From Candidatus Omnitrophota bacterium (lineage in GTDB: Bacteria > Omnitrophota > Gorgyraeia > Duberdicusellales > 4484-171): DNA of 32,000 bases. The stretch is from positions 2,109 to 34,108 of the forward strand of contig JAIPHU010000013.1 in the NCBI GenBank assembly GCA_021735045.1. Reading direction: 5' to 3'. Under the pieces are notes generated by a model that saw only the letters and a program-made list of their open reading frames with translations, ran no database searches and had not been told where the DNA came from. This document shows, in pieces, positions 1-6,607 of the stretch (position 1 is the first letter of the stretch; each line of letters opens with the position of its first letter). The position numbers and the translations under genes were made by a program.

Positions 1-101
1 GCATGATTTTGTTATGGAATATGGTGTTTCTTGTATATTTCTTCCGACCTAAAATAAGAAGATATTTTGAAGAGGGTGAGAAGCAATTTGGAGGAACATA
101 G
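1..101 (+). CDS. 3' end of an upstream CDS cut by the window edge (hydrophobic C-terminus, function unknown)
   Basis: The frame starting at position 3 is open from the window edge to TAG at 99-101 (..MILLWNMVFLVYFFRPKIRRYFEEGEKQFGGT*). Only 33 codons are visible and I recognise no homology. Confidence 0.3.
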   Translation, partial: MILLWNMVFLVYFFRPKIRRYFEEGEKQFGGT

Positions 102-132
102 AAGTAAAGACAATAAAGGCACCTAACCAATC

Positions 133-202
133 GCTGAAGCCAATCGGGAACTCGCGCATTTTTTAAGCCAAATACCGCTTAGACCGTTCCCTCTGGCTTA
201 GC
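133..202. repeat. two-block imperfect inverted repeat upstream of the hydrolase gene
   Basis: GCTgAAGCCA-atc-GGGAAC (133-151) pairs with GTTCCC-tc-TGGCTTAGC (186-202). The spacer is GC-richer than its surroundings. Confidence 0.5.
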
Positions 203-212
203 TCTATATGCT

Positions 213-905
213 ATGTATAAATTAAAAAAAATATTTATTACGTTTACAGTAACCTTATTAGCTTGTACTGTTTTATCTCAATCAAAGATTCTTTCTGCTG
301 AAGTCGATTTTTTAAAATATGACAACGAAAGAGTACAGCTTGATATATATAATCCCGGCAAAAGCTATTGCCCTGTTGTAATCTTAATTCACGGAGCAGC
401 TGGTATAGAAGGAGACAGAGCTATTCGATATAAAAGATTCGCTACTGATCTTATGAAAAAGGGAATTATTGCAATAAATGTCCATTACTTTGACAGCAGT
501 AAAAGAAGTTGGCTCAAAACGATTGCCAAAACCATTGATTATATTAAAAATATTCACAATGCTAATCCAAGAAAAATCGGATTAATAGGGTACTCTCTAG
601 GGGGGACCATTGCCCTTAAAGTAGCATCGTTGGATAATAGAATAAAATTACTAGTGATTAATTCAGGCTATATGCCTAGAAATTTTACTAAAAAAGATGC
701 AGTAAATTTGCCTGAAACCTATGTACTAGCCGGAACCAAAGATAACGCTATTAATACTTTATATCAATTACAAAGGTGGTTTAAGGAGTTTAATAAACCT
801 TTTACAGCTAAAATTAATAAAGGATACGGGCATAGCATCCCGCTAGCAATGTTTTGGGACAATTGGGAAACAATTGTATCATTTGTAGCTGATAGATTTA
901 GATAA
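213..905 (+). CDS. exported alpha/beta-hydrolase (dienelactone hydrolase / esterase-like)
   Basis: N-terminal signal-like hydrophobic segment. Has 'VVILIHGAAG' (HG oxyanion region), nucleophile elbow 'GYSLGG' (G-x-S-x-G), and later 'GTKDN' and 'GYGHS', consistent with a Ser-Asp-His triad. Confidence 0.7.
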   Translation: MYKLKKIFITFTVTLLACTVLSQSKILSAEVDFLKYDNERVQLDIYNPGKSYCPVVILIHGAAGIEGDRAIRYKRFATDLMKKGIIAINVHYFDSSKRSWLKTIAKTIDYIKNIHNANPRKIGLIGYSLGGTIALKVASLDNRIKLLVINSGYMPRNFTKKDAVNLPETYVLAGTKDNAINTLYQLQRWFKEFNKPFTAKINKGYGHSIPLAMFWDNWETIVSFVADRFR

Positions 906-918
906 AATATTAATAAAT

Positions 919-1018
919 ACATAACAACTCACTCCAGCGGACCCAACTTCGCCCTAGATGGAGTTGGGGACAGTTCCTACGAGCTACGTAGGGCAGCTCA
1001 ATTCAAAGGTTATGTGTA
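919..1018. repeat. intergenic repeat element, copy A
   Basis: 5' box ACATAACAACTCACTCCAGCGGA (919-941) and 3' box GCTCAATTCAAAGGTTATGTGTA (996-1018). Internal hairpins are CCCAACT/AGTTGGG (942-948/962-968) and CCTACG/CGTAGG (976-981/987-992). Confidence 0.7.
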
Positions 1019-1044
1019 TAAAATTGAATAAATAGGGGAAGAAA

Positions 1045-1884
1045 ATGAAAAGAATAGTGAGTTTAGTTTTAATACTTAACATAACCTTGTCTGTTTTTTG
1101 TACAGATGGTTTGGACAAGCAGTTGTTAGAAGTAGCCAAACAGGGAAATATCGCAGCGGTGAAAAAATTATTAGCTAACGGCGCAGATGTGGATGCAAAA
1201 ACTAAAGAAAATGTGACAGCATTGATGTGGGCAGCAGGAAAGGGCTATACTGAAACCGCTAAGATTTTATTAGCTGAAGGAGCAAACATCAACGCTAAAG
1301 ATCAATATGGTTTAACAGCCTTGATGGGGGCAGCACTTGGGAATGATCCTAAAACTGTAAAGGTTTTATTAGCTGAAGGAGCAAATGTTAATGCTAGAAC
1401 TAAAGAAGACCTGACAGCATTGATGTTGGCAGCAGGAAAGGGCTATACTGAAACCGCTAAAGTTTTATTAGCTGAAGGAGCAAATACTAATGCGAAAAAT
1501 AAAAACGATGTGACAGCCTTGATGCTTGCGACACTTCGGGGTCATCCTGAAACCGCTAAGGTTTTATTAGCTGAAGGAGCAAATGTGAATGCGAAAGCTA
1601 AAAATGGTAGAACAGCCTTGATGGGGGCGGCACTTAATGGTCATACTAAAATCGTCAAGATTTTGCTTTCCGAAGGAGCAAATGTGAATACCAGAACTAA
1701 AAATGATGTGACAGCCTTGATGCAGGCAGCATTTGGTGGTCATCTTGAAACCGCTAAAGCTTTGTTGGCCAAAGGCGCAACTGTTCACATAAGAGCTAAA
1801 AATGGTAAGACAGCATTAATGTGGGCAGCAGCTAAAGGACATATAAAAATAGTAAACTTACTCAAAAAACACGGGGGCCCATAA
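1045..1884 (+). CDS. ankyrin-repeat protein with N-terminal signal peptide
   Basis: Signal-like N-terminus MKRIVSLVLILNITLSVFC, followed by about 7-8 units of the 33-aa ANK consensus (..TALMxAAxxGHxExAKxLLAEGANVNAK..). Confidence 0.9.
   Translation: MKRIVSLVLILNITLSVFCTDGLDKQLLEVAKQGNIAAVKKLLANGADVDAKTKENVTALMWAAGKGYTETAKILLAEGANINAKDQYGLTALMGAALGNDPKTVKVLLAEGANVNARTKEDLTALMLAAGKGYTETAKVLLAEGANTNAKNKNDVTALMLATLRGHPETAKVLLAEGANVNAKAKNGRTALMGAALNGHTKIVKILLSEGANVNTRTKNDVTALMQAAFGGHLETAKALLAKGATVHIRAKNGKTALMWAAAKGHIKIVNLLKKHGGP
1168..1860 (+). repeat. 99-bp periodic coding repeat (ankyrin units)
   Basis: The string TTATTAGC(TGAAGGAGCAAA) recurs at 1168, 1267, 1366, 1465 and 1564, exactly 99 bp apart. 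Degenerate copies sit near 1663 and 1762. This is coding periodicity, not a CRISPR or satellite. Confidence 0.85.
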
Positions 1885-1942
1885 ACAGAAGTAGGGATAG
1901 TTTTCTATTGAATAGGAACAATAAAAGGAAGAAAAAATAACC

Positions 1943-2030
1943 ACACAACAACTCACTCCAGCGGATCTAAAACCGCGGCCTTTTAGGCTTGCGGACGGTT
2001 TTCGGCCGCTGAGTTCGAATGTTATGTGTA
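1943..2030. repeat. intergenic repeat element, copy B
   Basis: 5' box ACACAACAACTCACTCCAGCGGA (1943-1965) is 22/23 identical to copy A. 3' box GCTGAGTTCGAATGTTATGTGTA (2008-2030) is 19/23 identical. The interior is unrelated in sequence but GC-rich and self-complementary. Confidence 0.7.
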
Positions 2031-2057
2031 AGAAATAAATAAAAAAGGAGGAGATGA

Positions 2058-2633
2058 ATGAGTGAAACTCAGAAAAAAACTTTGGGCATGGCAATAGCTA
2101 GTTTAGTTTTTGGATGTTTGATTCTTATCCCTATTTTAAACATACCCTTTGCTATAACTGCTATTATCTTAGGAATTATTGCTTTAAATAAAATTTCTAG
2201 TAATAAAGATACTTTAAAAGGTAGAGGTTTAGCCATCTCTGGCATTGTTCTTGGTGGTGTAGGAATTGTTTTAATTCCCATAATTGCAATGCTTGCTGCA
2301 ATAGCTATACCAAATCTTTTAAGGACAAGGATGAATGCCGGTGAAGCCAACGCAAAAGCAACCCTACGAATACTTTCAACAGCTGCTGAAAGTTATGCTG
2401 CAGCCAACAATGGAGAATATCCTTTTTCTGCATACAGTTTAACCTCAGCAGAACCACCATACCTTAATGAAAATTATACATCCGGCACCCATCAAGGATA
2501 TAAGTTTAGTTGTGAATTTGACTCCAATAGTTATGAATGTGTAGCTATTCCTGAAAATTGTGGTACTACAGGAACTGAAATATATACTATAGAAAAAGGA
2601 GGAATACTTTCAGAAACTGATTGTGCAAATTAA
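2058..2633 (+). CDS. membrane protein: DUF4190-like double-TM anchor fused to a type IV pilin / pseudopilin-like domain
   Basis: AAGGAGG lies 6 nt upstream of the ATG. The N-terminus 'GMAIASLVFGCLILIP..AIILGIIALNKI..KGRGLAISGIVLGG' is DUF4190-like. It is followed by 'AMLAAIAIPNLLRTRMNAGEANAKATLRILSTAAESY', typical of the pilin alpha-1 helix. The C-terminal part has 4 Cys. Confidence 0.7.
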   Translation: MSETQKKTLGMAIASLVFGCLILIPILNIPFAITAIILGIIALNKISSNKDTLKGRGLAISGIVLGGVGIVLIPIIAMLAAIAIPNLLRTRMNAGEANAKATLRILSTAAESYAAANNGEYPFSAYSLTSAEPPYLNENYTSGTHQGYKFSCEFDSNSYECVAIPENCGTTGTEIYTIEKGGILSETDCAN

Positions 2634-2656
2634 TAAAAAAATTATAAATAAACCCA

Positions 2657-2821
2657 GATAACAACTCATTCGGGCGAACTGAACTAAGGGGACGTTTCCC
2701 TCGTTTACAACCCTTTACCGGCCAATGAATTATAAACTGGCATTTTACACTATTTGCGAAAAACACTGTTTTATAAGTTATTTATTTGCAGTGACTTATA
2801 ACAGAGGGAAACGCCCCCTCT
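2657..2821. repeat. intergenic element with related 5' box and its own 16-nt long-range inverted repeat
   Basis: ATAACAACTCA (2658-2668) is shared with copies A and B. AGGGGACGTTTCCCTC (2687-2702) versus GAGGGAAACGCCCCCT (2804-2819) is 15/16 complementary, with 101 nt between the arms. Confidence 0.5.
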
Positions 2822-2861
2822 TGATCGATTATAGATGCATAATGAATAAATTTAGATAAAA

Positions 2862-3299
2862 ATGAAAGTATTAATTAATCGAATAAATAAAGGTAAAGTA
2901 GAAGTAGCAAAAGAAGTTATTGCTTCGATCGATAAAGGTTTGGCCGTATTTGTGGGGATTGAAGCTGGTAATACCGAATCAAACCTTGTTACTGCTGCAA
3001 AAAAGATTGTAAATATAAGGATATTTGAAGATAAAACTGGTAAGATGTCTAGATCGGTTAAACAAGCAGGGCTCCCGGTGCTTTGTATCCCTAATTTTAC
3101 TCTTTGTGCTTCAACAGAAAAAGGAAGGCGGCCATCTTTTGAAAAAGCAATGAAACCAGAAAAAGCCAAAAAATTATTTGATAAATTCTTAAATTTACTT
3201 CATAATGAATTAGATAATATTCAGTCGGGAATATTTGGAGCCCATATGGATATAAAGTTAGAACTCGATGGCCCAGTAAACATTATATTAGAAATATAA
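2862..3299 (+). CDS. dtd: D-aminoacyl-tRNA deacylase
   Basis: Family-typical length of 145 aa. Motifs: 'MKVLINRI', 'GLAVFVGIE', 'NIRIFEDKTGKM', 'NFTLCASTEKGRRPSF', and C-terminal 'GIFGAHMDIKLELDGPVNIILE'. Confidence 0.9.
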   Translation: MKVLINRINKGKVEVAKEVIASIDKGLAVFVGIEAGNTESNLVTAAKKIVNIRIFEDKTGKMSRSVKQAGLPVLCIPNFTLCASTEKGRRPSFEKAMKPEKAKKLFDKFLNLLHNELDNIQSGIFGAHMDIKLELDGPVNIILEI

Positions 3300-3308
3300 T
3301 AAAAGCAC

Positions 3309-3383
3309 CGAAGGACGAAGAACGACGGATGAAAAGACGAAATCGTCTATCGTCTTAGCGAAGCGAACGTCTCTCGTCTCTCG
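3309..3383. repeat. GC-enriched spacer with GACGA / TCGTCT repeats in inverted orientation
   Basis: GACGA-type words at 3314, 3322 and 3336 face TCGTCT-type words at 3343, 3350, 3368 and 3374. For example, AAGACGA (3334-3340) pairs with TCGTCTT (3350-3356). Confidence 0.35.
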
Positions 3384-3404
3384 GAACAAAGCTAAAAACC
3401 AGAT

Positions 3405-4157
3405 ATGCATCCGATCCTTTTTAAAATTGGCCCAATCACAATTTATACTTATGGATTTTTTATATTCCTGGGAGTATTATCCGGCTATCTTGTTTCTAAA
3501 AAAAGAGCTCAAGAAGTTGGTATAAAAAAAGAATTTTTTTCTAATATATTTTTCTGGACATTAATCATCGGCTTTCTGGGAGCAAGAATTTTTTATATTT
3601 TTGTTAACTGGCAAATTTTTATCAAAGCTCCTTTGACCATAGCTTTAAGCCGAAGTGGATTTGTTTTTTACGGAGGAGTGGTCTTTGGCCTACTTAGCAT
3701 CTTTGTTTTTGCTAAAAAATATAAAATTGAATTTTTAAAAATTACCGACATCTTTGCATTAATTATCCCCTTAGCTCACAGCCTGGGAAGATTGGGATGC
3801 TTTTTTTATGGTTGCTGTTACGGATTGCCCACTCAATCATTTTTAGGAATTAAATTCCCTATTGAATCACCAGCTGGCAGATTAGAAACAACGGTCATAC
3901 CAACTCAATTAATTTCAGCTGGTTTTTTATTTATTTTATTTTTATTTTTGTTTACATTCAGAAATAAAATAAACAAAATTGGTAGCCTCAGCAGTTATTA
4001 CCTTTTGATCTATTCTTCATTTAGATTTATTATCGAATTCTTCCGAGGTGACCCAAGAGGATTCTTCCTTATTTTTTCAACTTCTCAATGGATATCTCTT
4101 ATTCTAATTTTTTTAGCAATCATAATTTTAGGCAAAAAACGATCAAACTATAATTAA
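3405..4157 (+). CDS. lgt: prolipoprotein diacylglyceryl transferase
   Basis: Polytopic membrane protein. Has N-terminal 'GPITIYTYGFFIFLGV', 'ARIFYI' and 'GRLGCFFYGCCYG' (an Lgt signature variant), and is of Lgt size. Confidence 0.8.
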   Translation: MHPILFKIGPITIYTYGFFIFLGVLSGYLVSKKRAQEVGIKKEFFSNIFFWTLIIGFLGARIFYIFVNWQIFIKAPLTIALSRSGFVFYGGVVFGLLSIFVFAKKYKIEFLKITDIFALIIPLAHSLGRLGCFFYGCCYGLPTQSFLGIKFPIESPAGRLETTVIPTQLISAGFLFILFLFLFTFRNKINKIGSLSSYYLLIYSSFRFIIEFFRGDPRGFFLIFSTSQWISLILIFLAIIILGKKRSNYN

Positions 4158-4165
4158 TTTTTAAA

Positions 4166-4540
4166 ATGAAATTCGCTACTTCAATTCATTGCATGGACGG
4201 AAGGATACAAGAACCAATAATACAATACTTAAAAGATAGCTATAAAATACCCTATATTGATACAATAACCGAGCCAGGCCCTTGTAAAATTATTGCTGAT
4301 AATATTGATAAAACAACAATCAACTCAATTATTAAACGAGTTGATATCTCGATAAATAGACACAACTCCAGACTAATAGCTATATCCAGCCACTATGACT
4401 GTGCCGCAAACCCATCTAGCGAAAAAACAAAAAAAACACAAATCAAAATATCTGTTGAATTTATTAAAAAAAACTACCCTCAAATTAAAGTAGTAGGGCT
4501 ATGGATCAACAAACAGTGGAAAGTTGATCAATACTTCTAA
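4166..4540 (+). CDS. small hypothetical protein with beta-carbonic-anhydrase-like Cys-x-Asp-x-Arg / His-x-x-Cys motifs
   Basis: 'HCMDGR' (C9, D11, R13) and 'SHYDC' (H76, C79) match the beta-CA zinc-ligand pattern and approximate spacing. At only 124 aa, the functional call is weak, but the CDS itself looks real. Confidence 0.45.
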   Translation: MKFATSIHCMDGRIQEPIIQYLKDSYKIPYIDTITEPGPCKIIADNIDKTTINSIIKRVDISINRHNSRLIAISSHYDCAANPSSEKTKKTQIKISVEFIKKNYPQIKVVGLWINKQWKVDQYF

Positions 4541-4552
4541 AACTACTATTGC

Positions 4553-4580
4553 TTGAATAAACTCCTAAATTAAGTATAAT
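4553..4580 (+). promoter_or_regulatory. sigma70-like promoter candidate upstream of nadE
   Basis: TTGAAT (4553-4558), 16-nt spacer, TATAAT (4575-4580). The ATG at 4590 has no Shine-Dalgarno sequence, so the transcript would be nearly leaderless. AT-rich background makes chance matches likely. Confidence 0.3.
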
Positions 4581-4589
4581 ATTTTTACT

Positions 4590-6191
4590 ATGATAAAAAT
4601 AGCTTTAGTTCAAATTAATCCTATTGTTGGTGATCTTAGTGAAAATGCTAAAAAAATCACCGAATCTATAAAAACAGCTAAGAAAAAGGGCACAAATTTC
4701 ATAGTTTTTCCTGAATTAGCCTTAACCGGCTATCCTCCTGAGGATCTTTTACTAAAAGATTACTTTATCAAAGAAAATATCAAATTCCTAAACAAAATAA
4801 AAAAAGAAACTACTGGTATTACAGCAGTCTTAGGTTTTGTGGATAGAAATAAATCTAAAACTTATAACAGCTGCGCCATAGTTCAAGATAAAAAGATAAT
4901 CGATATTTATCATAAACTTTATTTACCTAATCATGGCGTTTTTGACGAAAAAAGATATTTTAAGCCCGGAAAAACTTTACCTATTTACGAACTTGGCAAT
5001 AAAAAATTTACTGTAACTATTTGCGAAGATATTTGGACAAAAAAACACCAACATAGACTAAAAAGTGAAAACCTTGATTATATTATAAATATTTCCGCCT
5101 CACCTTTTAGCATCAGAAAATTAAAACAAAGAAAAAAGATTTTATCTTCTGTAGCCAAGTTTGCAAAAAGCTTTGTCTTTTATTGTAACCTCGTCGGAGG
5201 ACAAGATGAGATAGTCTTTGACGGAAGAAGCTTAATTTACTCACCAAAAGGGAAACTTTTAAAACAAGCCAAAAAGTTTTCAACTGATATACTTTATTTT
5301 AACCCGGACAAATACAGGCAAAAATCGGTTAAAATAAAATCAAATAAAATTGAAAATATTTATTCGGCTCTCTCTTTGGGGATAAAAGATTATATGCACA
5401 AAAATAATTTCCAGAAAGCTATCCTGGGATTAAGCGGGGGGATCGATTCCGCTGTAACTTTAGCAATTGTTGCAAAAAGCATTGGTTCAAATAAGGTAAA
5501 TGCTTTAATTATGCCCTCTTGTTACTCATCTCAAAAAAGCTTAACTGATGCTGTCAAAATTTGTAAAAATTTAGGCATAAAATACTATAAAATAGAGATT
5601 GATAATATCTTTAATAATTTTAACAAAAACCTAAAGCCCCATTTTAAGAATCTAGCAACCGATAACACCGAAGAAAACCTCCAAGCCAGGATCAGAGGAA
5701 ATTTACTTATGGCTTTTTCAAATAAATTTGGCCATTTAGTTGTAACTACTGGTAACAAAAGCGAGATTTCCTGTGGTTATTGCACCCTTTATGGAGATAT
5801 GGCTGGAGGATTTGGAATTCTAAAAGACGTATACAAAACATCTGTTTATCAACTGGCCCGTTTTATTAATAAAAAAAACTCTAAAAATATAATACCAAAA
5901 TCAATAATAACTAAAGCCCCGTCAGCAGAGCTAAGACCTAACCAAAAAGATACCGATAACTTACCAAGGTATAGCTTGCTAGATAAGATATTACATCTAT
6001 ATATAGAAAACAATCTAAACTTACAGGAAATTATTCAAAAAGGATTTGATCAAAAAATAGTTAAAAAAATTATTAAAATGGTAGATTCTTCTGAATACAA
6101 AAGAAGACAATCTCCAATTGGAATAAAAATCAGCGAACGAGCTTTTGGTAAAGATCGAAGAATGCCGATAACAAACAACTTTACGGGTTAA
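4590..6191 (+). CDS. nadE: glutamine-dependent NAD+ synthetase
   Basis: The N-terminal CN-hydrolase domain has a Glu/Lys/Cys context ('VFPELALTGY', 'HKLYLPN', 'TICEDIW'). The C-terminal NAD synthetase domain has the PP-loop 'GLSGGIDS'. Confidence 0.9.
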   Translation: MIKIALVQINPIVGDLSENAKKITESIKTAKKKGTNFIVFPELALTGYPPEDLLLKDYFIKENIKFLNKIKKETTGITAVLGFVDRNKSKTYNSCAIVQDKKIIDIYHKLYLPNHGVFDEKRYFKPGKTLPIYELGNKKFTVTICEDIWTKKHQHRLKSENLDYIINISASPFSIRKLKQRKKILSSVAKFAKSFVFYCNLVGGQDEIVFDGRSLIYSPKGKLLKQAKKFSTDILYFNPDKYRQKSVKIKSNKIENIYSALSLGIKDYMHKNNFQKAILGLSGGIDSAVTLAIVAKSIGSNKVNALIMPSCYSSQKSLTDAVKICKNLGIKYYKIEIDNIFNNFNKNLKPHFKNLATDNTEENLQARIRGNLLMAFSNKFGHLVVTTGNKSEISCGYCTLYGDMAGGFGILKDVYKTSVYQLARFINKKNSKNIIPKSIITKAPSAELRPNQKDTDNLPRYSLLDKILHLYIENNLNLQEIIQKGFDQKIVKKIIKMVDSSEYKRRQSPIGIKISERAFGKDRRMPITNNFTG

Positions 6192-6192
6192 A

Positions 6193-6606
6193 ATGACAGA
6201 TGTATTTATAGGTCTTGGCTCAAACCTTGGGAACAGAAAGAAAAATATAAAAAAAGCTATTAAAGAAATAGACTCTGTAGAAAAAACACAAGTTAAAAAA
6301 ATATCTTCTTTAATTGAAACAAAACCCCATCAAGCTCCTGGGCCCGATTACTTAAATGGCGCAATAAAAATAGATACCGGTTTAGCACCAGAAAAGCTAC
6401 TTGATGAATTAAAAAAAATAGAGAAAAAATTGGGAAGAAAGCCTAGCTTTAAAAATGCACCGCGCATAATTGATCTAGATATATTACTGTATAGTGATAA
6501 AAAAATAGAAACCAATAAACTAACAATACCTCATCCCAGGCTAAAAATCAGAGATTTTGTTAAAAAATCTTTATTCGAAATTAAACCAAACTTAAAATTA
6601 CCTTAA
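6193..6606 (+). CDS. folK: 2-amino-4-hydroxy-6-hydroxymethyldihydropteridine pyrophosphokinase (HPPK)
   Basis: Motifs 'IGLGSNLGNR', 'PDYLNGAIKIDT', 'PRIIDLDILLY', 'LTIPHPR'. Collinear with E. coli FolK as I remember it. Confidence 0.9.
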   Translation: MTDVFIGLGSNLGNRKKNIKKAIKEIDSVEKTQVKKISSLIETKPHQAPGPDYLNGAIKIDTGLAPEKLLDELKKIEKKLGRKPSFKNAPRIIDLDILLYSDKKIETNKLTIPHPRLKIRDFVKKSLFEIKPNLKLP

Positions 6607-6607
6607 A

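Noticed and set aside
976-993. CCTACGAGCTACGTAGGG in repeat copy A as a relative of the GTAGGGGC..GCCCCTAC palindrome family
   Set aside because: Only the 5-6 nt CCTAC/GTAGG words are shared, and they are in the opposite arrangement. This is insufficient to link the two families.
1567-1788. 73-aa minus-strand ORF inside the ankyrin gene
   Set aside because: It is an antisense artefact of the 99-bp repeats. The peptide is itself repetitive, and the + strand has a clear ANK consensus.
1168-1860. Regularly spaced direct repeats that could suggest a CRISPR array or satellite
   Set aside because: The period is exactly 99 bp (33 codons), and the whole region translates as ankyrin repeats. There is no repeat/spacer alternation.
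2008-2022. tRNA T-arm-like string GAGTTCGAATG in repeat copy B
   Set aside because: No acceptor, D or anticodon arms can be built around it. The equivalent position in copy A reads CAATTCAAAGG. It is part of the 3' box, not a tRNA.
1858-3169. Minus-strand ORFs 1858..2094, 2069..2350 and 2852..3169
   Set aside because: They are antisense to or overlap well-supported + strand genes (the pilin-like fusion and dtd) or run across a repeat spacer. No motifs or SD are present.
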